A stretch of 64,000 nt of DNA from a virus, in IMG/VR virus record IMGVR_UViG_3300045747_000694, positions 42,165 through 106,164 of that record; one strand, 5' to 3'. Below are positions 11,065 to 20,850 of this stretch, piece by piece. A model generated the notes under the pieces. The model was not told where the DNA came from and did not search any database. It saw only the letters and a list, made by a program, of their open reading frames with translations. Each line of letters begins with the position of its first letter. Positions within the stretch are counted from its first letter, which is position 1. The position numbers and the translations under genes are program-made.

Positions 11065-11092
11065 GGGGCCCCAGGCAATCACCCGGGGCCCC
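11065..11092 (-). terminator. intrinsic terminator hairpin ggggccccaggcaatcacccggggcccc with a minus-sense U-rich tail
   Basis: Perfect 8-bp GC stem. The minus-strand reading continues CUUCUUCUUUCUUAGCC. Lies downstream of the minus-strand transglycosylase and tmRNA. Confidence 0.5.
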
Positions 11093-11125
11093 TCTTCACG
11101 CGAACGAGCAGCTCTCGCGGCTCGC

Positions 11126-11683
11126 TTAGTTCATCGCCACCATCAACGTCCTGGCCTGCTTGCGGTATCTCTCGATCCGCGTGCTGTAGACCAAGCGCAG
11201 TTCCTCATCTGCGGTGTTGTAGAAGCTGTATCCCAGCTTCTCTTGGTGACGGTCGAGTACGTCTCTCAGGATCTTCCCCGCGATGCGCAGGTTGTATCCG
11301 TCGTCGGTGCGAAGCCTCTTGGCGTCGAGCTCGAGCTCGTCCACCCAGAAGGAGTTCACCTGTGCGAGGCCGTAGTCACAGGTGCGGCGGCCACTGGCGT
11401 TGTAGCAGCTCTTGGCGCCAGTCTTGAAGTGGCTCTCCTGGCGCACGATGGCAGCGAAGAGAGGCACGTCGATCTTGAACTCCTCGGCCACCGTCTCGAC
11501 CAGTCGAGCGATGCGCTCGGCCTCTGGGGCGCTGAGGGTAGGGTTGGACTGCATCACGAACGAGAGCAGCTTCGGTGCTGGAGGCGGTGGAGCGGGTAGA
11601 GCCGGCGGCAGCTGGTTGTCACTCGTCTTCAGTGGCGAGACACACGCCGTGAAGACGACGGCAGACAGAAGAAGTCGTCTCAC
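11126..11683 (-). CDS. lipoprotein lytic transglycosylase (SLT/lysozyme-like domain)
   Basis: Signal peptide with lipobox (LLSAVVFTAC). ESHF...CDYGLAQVNS catalytic-Glu region typical of the SLT family. Confidence 0.75.
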   Translation of the reverse strand: MRRLLLSAVVFTACVSPLKTSDNQLPPALPAPPPPAPKLLSFVMQSNPTLSAPEAERIARLVETVAEEFKIDVPLFAAIVRQESHFKTGAKSCYNASGRRTCDYGLAQVNSFWVDELELDAKRLRTDDGYNLRIAGKILRDVLDRHQEKLGYSFYNTADEELRLVYSTRIERYRKQARTLMVAMN

Positions 11684-11775
11684 TCGATCCTCCTTTCAGA
11701 GGTGAGCTTCTACACTACGAGGCATGGGTGTGGGTGCACAGAAGCGTATTGCGTACCATGTGCGCGGTACTTGAA

Positions 11776-12142
<367 letters not shown>

Positions 12143-12189
12143 GTACGCCCTGGGCTGATACCTCCAGCCCAGGGATGTAGCATAGTACC

Positions 12190-12837
12190 CTACTGGGTCT
12201 GCTGCGTCTGCTGCTCCGCCGGCGCCGGAGGGGGGGTCAGCTCAGCCGGGGGCACGTGGCCCGCCGCCTGGAGCTTGTCCGCCAGCGTCTGCGTGAGGGG
12301 CCTCTGGGCGTGCGCCAGGGGCCTCTGGCCGGGCTGACCGGCCGGACGGGGGTTCTTGCCCTGGAAGGCCCGCGGACGGGCCTGCTGGGGCCTCTGCTGC
12401 GGCCGCTGCTGGTGCGGCTGCGGGGCGACGGGGGTCGCCGGCACAGCCTGAGCGGCCTGGGTGGCCGCCACCTCACTGAAGTGCTGGCTCCTCAGGTTGC
12501 CCCCCACCTTCTTCACCTTGTACCGGAAGAGGTCGTCGATCACGTCGAGGTTCTTGTTGACCACCTTCACCGCGACGTCCACGAGCACCGCCAGCGTGCC
12601 GAAGAACCGCGCCTGAGCGTTGTTCTTGGTGACCTCCGAGTTGTTCTTGGCGATGATGCTCGAGCCGAGGGTGAAAGCCAGCGCCTTCGCCTTCTCGAGC
12701 TCCTCCTGCGACAGCACCTGCACCAGCGTCTCCACCGTGCTCGACTCCACCAAGCTCGGCGTGGCGACCTCCACTGGCTTCTTCTCGACCACCCGTGCTG
12801 ACCCCGCCGCCCTCTGCGTCTTCTTCTTGGTCGCCAT
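12190..12837 (-). CDS. hypothetical basic protein with Pro/Gln-rich C-terminus
   Basis: Likely start MATKKK (internal Met of the 12190..12885 ORF). Confidence 0.45.
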   Translation of the reverse strand: MATKKKTQRAAGSARVVEKKPVEVATPSLVESSTVETLVQVLSQEELEKAKALAFTLGSSIIAKNNSEVTKNNAQARFFGTLAVLVDVAVKVVNKNLDVIDDLFRYKVKKVGGNLRSQHFSEVAATQAAQAVPATPVAPQPHQQRPQQRPQQARPRAFQGKNPRPAGQPGQRPLAHAQRPLTQTLADKLQAAGHVPPAELTPPPAPAEQQTQQTQ

Positions 12838-12993
12838 TTGCTGTTGTCCCCGTTCGCGTGCGTGACGGCTGACAATCAGCCGCACAACACCTTATCCCTC
12901 GCTATGAGAGCTTTTGGTTGAGGGCTAAAGAGAGAGTCCTGAGACTTCCAGGACTCTCCCCGACGGTTGCATCGCTGCGCGGGAGGAGCCGCG

Positions 12994-13596
12994 CTACGCC
13001 TGCGCCATCTTCTGTGTGGCCTTGCCTGCCTCGAGGCTGAACTCGAGGCGCGCGGCCGCTCTCTTCACGTTCTCGACCAGCTCCCACGGCTGCACGCCCA
13101 GCTCGATGATCTCGTCGAGCGTGACGATGCGGTACGCGTCCAGCCCCAGCGCCGCTAGGATCCCTTCGGGGATGTGCACGTTGGGCCGCACGGTGAAGCC
13201 GAGAGCCATCTCACCGTTGTTGACGGGTCCCCACACGATGCGGCCGTAGGTGATGGACTCCGCACCGTCGATCACGCGCAGGCCGGCGCTGGAGAGCGGG
13301 TAGCGGAAGAGCTCCACCACGCCGCTGTTCGTCAGCTTCGCCAGCAGGTCCAGCAGAGGCTGGAGACCGCGACGCGCCACGCGAGGCAGGGCTTCTCGGT
13401 ACGTGCCCAAGAAGTGATCGCACTCCTTCTCGATGCTCTCCGCATCCTTCTTCACGTCGTCGATCTTGGTCACAGGATCCACCTTCCTGTCTTCGGGTTG
13501 ATCATCAGAGGCGTGTCCTTTCGGCTCCTCGTGAGGGCCTGCCCCTTCATGTTTCGCTTCGCGGCGTTGGAACGGAAGAGAGCGCGAATGACCCAC
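12994..13596 (-). CDS. hypothetical protein (start uncertain; a small TM ORF 13479..13631 with an AGGAGG RBS overlaps its 5' end)
   Basis: Coding-like from ~VTKIDDVKKDAES onward. Confidence 0.4.
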   Translation of the reverse strand: MGHSRSLPFQRREAKHEGAGPHEEPKGHASDDQPEDRKVDPVTKIDDVKKDAESIEKECDHFLGTYREALPRVARRGLQPLLDLLAKLTNSGVVELFRYPLSSAGLRVIDGAESITYGRIVWGPVNNGEMALGFTVRPNVHIPEGILAALGLDAYRIVTLDEIIELGVQPWELVENVKRAAARLEFSLEAGKATQKMAQA

Positions 13597-14080
13597 ACCA
13601 ACGCCATCCCCAACAGCACGTACCCCGTCATCCGTACCTCCTGGCTAAGGTTGTCTCTGCTCTCTCCTTATGCCTCCACGCACCCACCTTTGGAAGCCAC
13701 TCGCACAGTTGGTACGATGAAAGATGACTCCCAAACGTGCACGGTGCACGGTGTTTGCGCGACCCCATGGGTACCCCGTCAAGCAACGAATGTACAGGGC
13801 TGTCCTGCAAGTCCGGGCAATCAGGAAGAGTATGGAGATGAGCCGCCTCCCGGCGGCTACTCGAAGAGTCCGTTCGCGTTCTCATCCAGGAAGCGAGGTG
13901 TGACTTACACCTCTCCCAGATGGGAACTGAGCGGACTCTAGAGCTTGTCACCGTCAGTGCTACGAGCAGCGAAACTTCACTGCCATACTCTTATGCCCAA
14001 AGTGCGGCCGTACTTGCACCCACACCGACGCCACGATTCATGCTCCCCACTGAAGCTGCGGTGGAGTAGCGTCGAGGTAC

Positions 14081-14926
14081 GTGAGCACTTACTACGCCCT
14101 CCCAGGAACGACCAAGCGCGTTTCGAACTACGCTCTGCTCTTCCTGTGCTTGTTGATGACTGCGCTCTTCGGGGCCGTTGACCGAATGCTTGATGTCGCC
14201 TTCCACTACAACTTCACACCCACGCCGCTCTACCTGATCCCCATCTCGATTGCGGCGTGGTTCGGTGGTCTTCCTCTCGGCCTACTCGTTTCGGTGCCAG
14301 CTCTGTTGCTCGAGTCTTGGCTCAGTCTCAAGTCGATCAAGATCCACCATCCCAACTCAGCCATCATCACCGAGGCTCTCTCGCTTCTCATCGCTGCGGA
14401 GATGCTTGGAGCGGTGTTGATCGTTTCGAGGCTGCGGAGCTACGTTCGCAAGTACCATCACTTCGCTTCGGTGGACGAGCTCACCGAATGCCTCAATGCC
14501 AGGGCCTTCAGGCACGAGTGCGAGATCGCCATCGAGCGCCTGAAGCGCTCGAAGGACGCCCACCTCTCGGTCATGTACATCGACGTGGACGACTTCAAGA
14601 TCGTGAACGACGAGAAGGGCCACAAGCATGGGGATGCGGCACTCAAGACGCTTGGGGAAGCGCTGCGTACCTCGGTGCGCTTGGTGGATGTGGTTGGTAG
14701 AGTGGGAGGAGATGAGTTCGCCGTTCTCCTCCCTGATGCCGAAGAGGCCGACCTCCCACTCATCATCGGTCGCATCAAGGCTGCACTCGTGCAGCTGGAG
14801 TTCCCCACCACCATCAGCATCGGCTACGTGACCTACCCGCCCGGTGTTCCGAAAGACCTCGACGCAGTCTTCCACTTGGCCGACCAGCGCATGTACGCGG
14901 CCAAGAAGGCACGCAAGCAGAGGTAA
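14081..14926 (+). CDS. membrane-anchored GGDEF-domain diguanylate cyclase
   Basis: N-terminal hydrophobic helices. C-terminal GGDEF domain with an intact RVGGDEFAVLL motif. Hairpin terminator just downstream. Confidence 0.8.
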   Translation: MSTYYALPGTTKRVSNYALLFLCLLMTALFGAVDRMLDVAFHYNFTPTPLYLIPISIAAWFGGLPLGLLVSVPALLLESWLSLKSIKIHHPNSAIITEALSLLIAAEMLGAVLIVSRLRSYVRKYHHFASVDELTECLNARAFRHECEIAIERLKRSKDAHLSVMYIDVDDFKIVNDEKGHKHGDAALKTLGEALRTSVRLVDVVGRVGGDEFAVLLPDAEEADLPLIIGRIKAALVQLEFPTTISIGYVTYPPGVPKDLDAVFHLADQRMYAAKKARKQR

Positions 14927-14932
14927 GAAGAA

Positions 14933-14951
14933 GGGCCCAGACTTCGGGCCC
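14933..14951. terminator. hairpin gggcccagacttcgggccc between convergent genes (preceded by GAGGTAAGAAG)
   Basis: 7-bp GC stem. Minus-sense reading gives a UUCUUCUUACCUC tail after the stem. Confidence 0.5.
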
Positions 14952-14974
14952 TCCTCCAGCTGCTGTGCATGCTG

Positions 14975-15727
14975 CTACTGCGCGACGAACTTCAGCGGAG
15001 CCTGATACCGGACCAGAGGGCCCAGTGGCGTCGCCGGGTAGAACTTCATGTTCGCGACGGTGGCCATGTCCGTGGTGCTCGTGTAGGGCGTGCAGATGGC
15101 CACGCCAAGAGAACCGTCCGGCATGTCCGAACGCAGCATCATGCTCTTCACCCCAGAGCCGGAAGCGCTACCCAGCACGGGGTCTGCGTAGGGGTGCTCA
15201 ACGATGTACACGATCTCGTTGTTCTGCACGGGAGCCTCGGCACTGTTGTTGATGGTCGTCGACGCGTACGTGGACACCACGAACGAGTTCCCGGTGCAGT
15301 CGAGGTTGTCGAAGTAGATCCGAGCAGCGGGCATCAGCCCCGTCTTGATGATGCGCAGGGTGAGGTACCGCTTGGCCCCCAGCTGCTCCGAGATGATGGC
15401 CTCGCCCATCCCCGCCGGCCCGTAGAAGCCGATGATGTTGCCGATGACGACATCATCGTTCGACACGAGGTTCATGCCGATGCCCCCAGTCACAGCCGCG
15501 ACAGCCGCGACAGCCTTCGCCTGAACCGGCATCTCCACTGGAGCTACGAGGGCAACAGGAGCCTGCACCAGCGCACCGACGTTGGGGTTGCGGGTGAGGT
15601 CCTGCACCACCGGCGGAGGCACCACCGGCGGGGTCACGACGACAGGGTCTTCGCCTCCGTTGGGAGCGGCGCAGGCGAACAGCGTGAGGCAGAGAACCGC
15701 GACAAGAGTGCTGTTGTAGGTCTTCAT
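14975..15727 (-). CDS. secreted lipoprotein, unknown function
   Basis: MKTYNSTLVAVLCLTLFAC signal/lipobox. RBS aaggagggg upstream. Confidence 0.55.
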   Translation of the reverse strand: MKTYNSTLVAVLCLTLFACAAPNGGEDPVVVTPPVVPPPVVQDLTRNPNVGALVQAPVALVAPVEMPVQAKAVAAVAAVTGGIGMNLVSNDDVVIGNIIGFYGPAGMGEAIISEQLGAKRYLTLRIIKTGLMPAARIYFDNLDCTGNSFVVSTYASTTINNSAEAPVQNNEIVYIVEHPYADPVLGSASGSGVKSMMLRSDMPDGSLGVAICTPYTSTTDMATVANMKFYPATPLGPLVRYQAPLKFVAQ

Positions 15728-15851
15728 GATGGTCCCCTCCTTGGGGCGTGGATGGACGGAAGTCCATCGCTACATGAGGCTTATGCCTAGAGTGTCTTGG
15801 GTATTGCGACCTGAGAGGTAAGAAGCGGGGCCTGTGAGAGCGCCCCTGGTG

Positions 15852-16177
15852 CTACTTGGTGTCCTCGAGGGCCGTGAACAGCGTGGCCATCTCGAAGCAC
15901 TTGGTCGCGTAGTGTCGCATCAGCTTCTCGCTAATCACGCTGCTACAGCGCTCGTCTGCCGGCGGGATGAGCTCGGCCTTGTCGACCTCCTGCTTGAAGA
16001 GATCCCACGCACGGTCAGCCACCTTCTGCTTGAAGAAGATGTCCCTCGTGGTGACCAGTGTGGAGCGCTCTTCCTTGTCTTGCTCGACGAGCTTCTCCAG
16101 CGCCTGGGCGATGCGCTTGAAGGTGGATGCGAACTCCTGACCACCTCGAGTGTTGAGCCAGTTGTCACCCGCCATCA
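15852..16177 (-). CDS. hypothetical protein (108 aa)
   Basis: Starts at internal Met MAGDNW of the 15852..16502 ORF; the upstream part of that ORF is Ser/Arg-rich junk. Confidence 0.4.
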
Positions 16178-16554
16178 CGCACCCCCACAGCCTTCTCGAC
16201 GGTGTCGACGAAGACCATGCCGAACAGCAGGGCCTCTGCCATGGCGTCCTCAAGCGAGACGTTCGATACCTCGGTCTCGCAGAGGGTGAAGTGGTGCGAC
16301 TGGACACAGACGAAGTAGCTCTTCGACTGCTCGACGTTGGGGTAGACGGCGAGCATGAGCTCGTCGGTGCCGTAGAGCGAGAGCGTGGCCTTGTCACCAC
16401 CCACCACCCACTCAGACGCGGTTGGCTTCGGGAGCCTGCGCTTCTCTCGTTCCTCCCAGAGCTTCTCGGCGTGGTCGTAGGCCCACTTCGCTCCTGCGTC
16501 ATCAGTGGCGATGAGCCTGAGTGCTGCCTTGTCGATGAACTCTTGCTTGGTCAT
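16165..16554 (-). CDS. hypothetical protein (129 aa)
   Basis: Good coding composition; overlaps its neighbours by a few nt. Confidence 0.5.
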   Translation of the reverse strand: MTKQEFIDKAALRLIATDDAGAKWAYDHAEKLWEEREKRRLPKPTASEWVVGGDKATLSLYGTDELMLAVYPNVEQSKSYFVCVQSHHFTLCETEVSNVSLEDAMAEALLFGMVFVDTVEKAVGVRDGG

Positions 16555-17060
16555 TAGAAGTCCAACACCATCTTCGGTGTCTTGAAGGAGCCTTCGAAGC
16601 GTGCGTGGCCATCGCTGAAGTGGTACTCGCAGATGTCCACGTTGGCGCGTTTGCAGTACTTGGTGAACTCCTTCACCTTCTCTCGGAACTGGTCCTGCGA
16701 GAGCGCTTCGTCCTTGCTGTCCGCCCCGTTTGCCATCTCTTCCTCTTCTTCCTCAGGCTCTGGTGCTTGGTTTGAGACGATGCCCACCTGAACCATTCGC
16801 GGGTAGATGAGCGACCACTTCCTGAGCTCGCCCAAGGCATAAGGCAGGCCCCTCTGCTTGCACGTCGTGACGATGCTGTCCGTTGCTGCGTGGCCCGATT
16901 GGTCGGTGCCAACGATGACGCCTTCGGTCTCCGCTGGTGGGCTGTACGGTCTTGAGGGCCGGTACTCTTGCGCGCCTACTACCTCATGCCCGATGCGCTC
17001 AAGCTTCGTTTGGAACTCACGAAGGATGTCGGGCACGGCTCCACAGATGAAGAGCTTCAT
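16554..17060 (-). CDS. hypothetical protein with acidic Glu-rich linker
   Basis: ATG preceded by GGAGG. Confidence 0.5.
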   Translation of the reverse strand: MKLFICGAVPDILREFQTKLERIGHEVVGAQEYRPSRPYSPPAETEGVIVGTDQSGHAATDSIVTTCKQRGLPYALGELRKWSLIYPRMVQVGIVSNQAPEPEEEEEEMANGADSKDEALSQDQFREKVKEFTKYCKRANVDICEYHFSDGHARFEGSFKTPKMVLDF

Positions 17061-17176
17061 TGAGCCTCCATGGTTCTTATGCCTCTAGGGGCTGACGTTT
17101 CGGAGAGGTAAGAGGAGAGGCAGGGACAGGCCCCTCTCCCCAGCGTGTGATCACGGTACACGCCAGACCGCCCCAC

Positions 17177-17659
17177 CTACTCCTTCCAGTACCGAGTGCG
17201 CTCGGGGAGAGCGCGCAGCGCCAGCATGTTGATGCGGTGCTGCTCCCACGCATTGCGGAAGCTGGTGGCGCGAGCCAACACCTCGCTCATCAGCTCAGGC
17301 TGGCGGACCAGCCACGGCGTCGGAACGAGCTGCCTGTGCCCACCCACCATGGCCGAGACGACCACGCGGTACTTCTGGTCTCGTGGCCCGTGAGAGGGCT
17401 TGAAGACCACCGCGCGCATCTTGTCTCGAGCGATGAGCCTGCGCCGCTGAGCAGCCAGCACGTTCACGGGCTGCACCATCAAGTAGTGCAGAGGCGAGGT
17501 GCGATCCTCCATGGCTTCCTCGACGATGATGTCGTAGGTGAGCACCCCGTGCTGGATGGCGAGTGCCCGCAGCCAGATGGCCAACGCACGCTGCCGGCCC
17601 TCGGGCACCAGGTTCGGGTCTGGCCAGAAGGCCAGATACGGATAGCGACGACGCGGCAT
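17177..17659 (-). CDS. hypothetical protein (160 aa)
   Basis: Complete ORF. Confidence 0.45.
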   Translation of the reverse strand: MPRRRYPYLAFWPDPNLVPEGRQRALAIWLRALAIQHGVLTYDIIVEEAMEDRTSPLHYLMVQPVNVLAAQRRRLIARDKMRAVVFKPSHGPRDQKYRVVVSAMVGGHRQLVPTPWLVRQPELMSEVLARATSFRNAWEQHRINMLALRALPERTRYWKE

Positions 17660-18199
17660 CTACGCCTCTGCCTGCGACGGGAAGGAGATGTTCTTCCTGG
17701 TGATGAGGATGGCCTCGTTGCTGCCGAGCTCCTGCTGCACGGCCAGGACGAGCGGCGACACGAGCCTCGACATCGGGTGCGCCACCATCCCCTCGTGGGT
17801 CACCGGCTGCCCTCGCTTGACCTTGTTGGCCTTGCGGGTGATCTCTGCCTTCTTCACGGCGGCGATGAGCTTGGCGGACATCTTGCTCGCGGCCTTGGCC
17901 TTCTTCATGGCTTTGTTCTTCGGCTTGGGGCCGCGGTTGGCCACCTCGGTCATCTCGAGGCTCTTGTCCTCGAAGGCCTTGAAGATGGCCGAGAGACCCT
18001 TGACGTTGAAGTGGGAGCCACCGAACTGCTTCTTGTAGGCCTTGGCCTTCTCGACGACCGAGCCCTCCGTGGCCGCGACCTGCTTGAGCTGCGACGCCAC
18101 GCGCTTCGTCACGCTGATCTTCACGCTGTACGTCCTTGCCCTTGAGGGCAGTGCATCGAGGATGAAGACCTCGAAGGTGCTGGAACGAATCCCGCACAC
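17660..18199 (-). CDS. Lys-rich basic protein (GTG start right after the GGCATAAGGA motif)
   Basis: VCGIRSSTFEV... The upstream part of the 17660..18349 ORF looks non-coding. Confidence 0.4.
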   Translation of the reverse strand: MCGIRSSTFEVFILDALPSRARTYSVKISVTKRVASQLKQVAATEGSVVEKAKAYKKQFGGSHFNVKGLSAIFKAFEDKSLEMTEVANRGPKPKNKAMKKAKAASKMSAKLIAAVKKAEITRKANKVKRGQPVTHEGMVAHPMSRLVSPLVLAVQQELGSNEAILITRKNISFPSQAEA

Positions 18200-18261
18200 A
18201 TCCTTATGCCGACTCAAGGGCAAGAATGGTGAGACGTAAGGGGAGGAATGCTCCCCCTGCT

Positions 18262-18483
18262 TCAGTGCTTCTGGGCCTGCTTGGCCTTCTTCCAGCCATC
18301 CAGCCAGCCCTGCTCTTGGGGGTTGGCCCCAGCCTCCATCACCGGGCACGCAGGTGATGGAGGAGCGATGCAGGCCTGCTTGCCCTGGCAGTACCCAGCT
18401 CTCCAGCCCTCTGTGAAGCTCTTGCAGTAGGGCGTGTTGAATGGGTTCTGCGAGAGCAGCAGGGCCACGATGAGCAAGGGCAT
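18262..18483 (-). CDS. small secreted Cys-containing protein
   Basis: Hydrophobic N-terminus MPLLIVALLLS. Confidence 0.35.
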   Translation of the reverse strand: MPLLIVALLLSQNPFNTPYCKSFTEGWRAGYCQGKQACIAPPSPACPVMEAGANPQEQGWLDGWKKAKQAQKH

Positions 18484-18836
18484 CTAGATGCCCGCTTCAG
18501 GCACCATCACCCGAAGCGTCTCGATGGTCTCCTTCGACCACGAGAAGCGATTCATCTGCTCCTCGTACTCGGACACCGCGGTGGGGACGCTGTAGCCCTT
18601 CATCGCCATGGCGTGGATGAAAGCCATCCGCACCGTGTGCTCGGTGATGCCAGCGGCCACCAGCTGGCGCACGCACTCACGCTTCTGCTCGAGGGTGCTG
18701 GCCTTGGCCTCGCTCGAGCTGAGCTTGAAGAGCCCGTGGAGACCACCGCAGAGGCGGAAGAGAGCCTTCACGTTGTCGGGCAGGGCCTGGAGCTGGTCGT
18801 ACAGCTGCTTGTGGCTGAACTCGAACATGTCCATGG
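18484..18836 (-). CDS. hypothetical protein
   Basis: Internal Met MDMFEFSHKQ of the 18484..19056 ORF. Confidence 0.45.
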
Positions 18837-19226
18837 CTACGCCTTCCTTGCGTGCTCGTACATTCCCCAGATGGTCAGGGGATGCTTCAGCGGGACGAAG
18901 CCCTTCTCGAGCAGCTCCATGCTGTAGCGGGGTGGGACATCCTTGGCGCAGGAGATGGTGATGTGGGCAACGCCCCTGTCCATTCGCAAGAGCTGCTCCT
19001 TGAGGTGGACAGCCTGGCCCTTGTCGTCTTCGGCCACACCATCCACGGTCATGCACACCATCTTCCCCAGCCGCGTCTCGAACTCCTTCACGATCTGCTC
19101 GTGAGGCTTGAAGACCACGGTGAGGTGCTCAGCGAAGACCTTCGGGTGCTTGGGCGGGATCGCCGCCAAGAGGGCCTTCTTGCTGGTCTCGGTCAGGTAC
19201 AGCGCGATGAAGACAGGGAGGGCCAT
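18837..19226 (-). CDS. hypothetical protein
   Basis: Complete ORF directly abutting its neighbours. Confidence 0.45.
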   Translation of the reverse strand: MALPVFIALYLTETSKKALLAAIPPKHPKVFAEHLTVVFKPHEQIVKEFETRLGKMVCMTVDGVAEDDKGQAVHLKEQLLRMDRGVAHITISCAKDVPPRYSMELLEKGFVPLKHPLTIWGMYEHARKA

Positions 19227-19228
19227 CT

Positions 19229-19402
19229 AGGCCGCCTCATCCTTCGCTTCGCGCTCCTTCTTCTGCTTGAGCACCTCGGCCTGCTGCGCGGGCGAGAGCT
19301 TGTCGAACTTCTTCTTGATGCGCTTCTGCCTCTTGTCCTCGGCGGCGATCTTGACCGAGGCGTAGAGCTCCGACGTGGTGAACGAGTTGCGCTTCTTCAT
19401 GG
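19229..19402 (-). CDS. small Lys/Glu-rich protein (57 aa)
   Basis: MKKRNSFTTSELYASVKIAAEDKRQKRIKKKFDKLSPAQQAEVLKQKKEREAKDEAA. Below the track cutoff. Confidence 0.3.
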
Positions 19403-19439
19403 TGATGCCTCCCTATGTGGGGTGGATGCTGCGTTGGGA

Positions 19440-19730
19440 CTACTCGTACTCTCGGATGCGGAACTCGACCTTGTAGCTGAAGCTCTTGGGCGCCCTGAAG
19501 AGGACCGACAGGACCCTCCACTTCTCGCAGAGCCACTCCTCCTTATCGAGCTCCAACGAGATGCCGCAGTAGTGCTGCTTCCGCCTGCGGGCCTTCATCT
19601 TCAGGTCACCCAAGACCTTGTGCGGGCGGTGGATGCTGAGGACCTTCTCAGCCTCCTCCTCGGTGAGCTTCACGGACTCACCCACACTGAACTTGGCGTG
19701 AGCGGCCTTCTCGACGACGACTTGGTTCAT
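19440..19730 (-). CDS. hypothetical protein (96 aa)
   Basis: RBS gggagg; the CCTTATGCC motif lies ~45 nt upstream. Confidence 0.5.
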   Translation of the reverse strand: MNQVVVEKAAHAKFSVGESVKLTEEEAEKVLSIHRPHKVLGDLKMKARRRKQHYCGISLELDKEEWLCEKWRVLSVLFRAPKSFSYKVEFRIREYE

Positions 19731-19739
19731 GCTGCCTCC

Positions 19740-20588
19740 CTACAGGGGTTGGTGAAGAGTGGAACTGCCTGACAAAGCCTTATGCCCAAGAGCGCCGTGC
19801 TCTTGCCGGTTCGTATGCCCTCTCCAGGTGCAAATGGCCTCCATCTCCCTGGGGCGCTTCTTCTCCTTCTCTTGGGCGCACAGTAGGGCAAGCTGCGATG
19901 GCCATCACCCTCGACCACCATGCATGGGAGAGGGGGATGGATAGGCAGTACACATCGAGCAGTCGAGTACAGCTCAAGACAGCCTGCACGCATCTACATC
20001 GTTCAGACTGTAGGTAGCGTAGCGGCGCCCCGCGAGAGCCTCATGACGAGGAGAGTGAGGCTTCAGGCAGCAGGCCAACTCGTATGCTGGGTACCCAAGA
20101 CCAAGAACAGGTACCCCTCTGAGGTCCATGCGCCATTGGCAGACCAACCAGGGCTCTTCGGCTTGCTCTACATGCTCAGCTGGGCACGAGAGAGGTCATC
20201 ATGAGGGCCATCGCTTGCCCAAGACAGCTTGAAGAGCGCTCATGCATCACCAAGTAGCGAGCCCTCCAGCTTGGGCGCCAGCAAGAGCACTCGAAGAGGC
20301 CCTCGTCTCGCCTATCGTTAGGGCTATCGAGTCGAAGTGCAGCCCGGGTAGAGGGGGGACAGTGGTTACCTAGTTCTGGGCCCCCTTTACAACTTGAGGG
20401 GGTGGGGGACCGGCACGGCCTGAAAGTTCTTGGGGTGGCATACGATTCGGGTACCCCCTGGGGGATGGAATGCGTGCAGGGTGGTCGGTAAGTGTTCGGT
20501 CGAACCTGTCCGGTGTCCCCCGAACACGGGGAAAGGTGTGTGATATGGCCTACACGGTCTTGGCTCGACGTATGCTCCACGAGTCGTC
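19740..20588. promoter_or_regulatory. ~850-bp non-coding divergent control region (candidate early promoters, origin or ncRNA)
   Basis: No convincing ORF. Lower GC than the flanks. Multiple GGGGG/CCCCC inverted repeats (gggcccccTTTACAACTTGAgggggtggggg; cccctggggg). Transcription diverges from here. Confidence 0.4.
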
Positions 20589-20825
20589 ATGCGACTCGAC
20601 ATGCACGTCTTCATGACCGACGATTCGACATGGTGTGCCCGGGTTGGGTCTGGGCCTACCATCTTCGCCAAGACCCCGGAGCAGGCCCAGGCGGCTGCCC
20701 TGATGGCGTACCGGGCCAGGGCGCTCTACCTCTCGCTCCTGGGGCGGGAGCCCTCGGACCGGGAGCTGCGCCGGCTGCGCAGGCCGGTAGATGCCCTGGA
20801 CCTGCGGGTGGTCTGGACGCAGTAG
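20589..20825 (+). CDS. hypothetical protein
   Basis: Complete ORF. Confidence 0.4.
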   Translation: MRLDMHVFMTDDSTWCARVGSGPTIFAKTPEQAQAAALMAYRARALYLSLLGREPSDRELRRLRRPVDALDLRVVWTQ

Positions 20826-20850
20826 CTGGTCCCCGGGTAGTCTCCGGGGC

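Noticed and set aside
13628-13951. 107-aa minus ORF upstream of the small TM ORF
   Set aside because: Ser/Arg-rich composition and overlap with the divergent promoter region of the GGDEF gene. Left unannotated, although a CCTTATGCC-like motif ~45 nt upstream leaves it an open possibility.
17295-18197. 300-aa Arg/Gly-rich ORF and similar long ORFs (24174..25190, 27864..28754, 21459..23186, 26449..27183)
   Set aside because: Overlap several well-packed shorter genes in other frames. Compositionally biased with no motifs.
20176-20580. 134-aa ORF in the 19.74-20.59 kb island
   Set aside because: Pro/Ser/Cys/Arg-rich with no RBS or start context; the region is treated as non-coding regulatory DNA.
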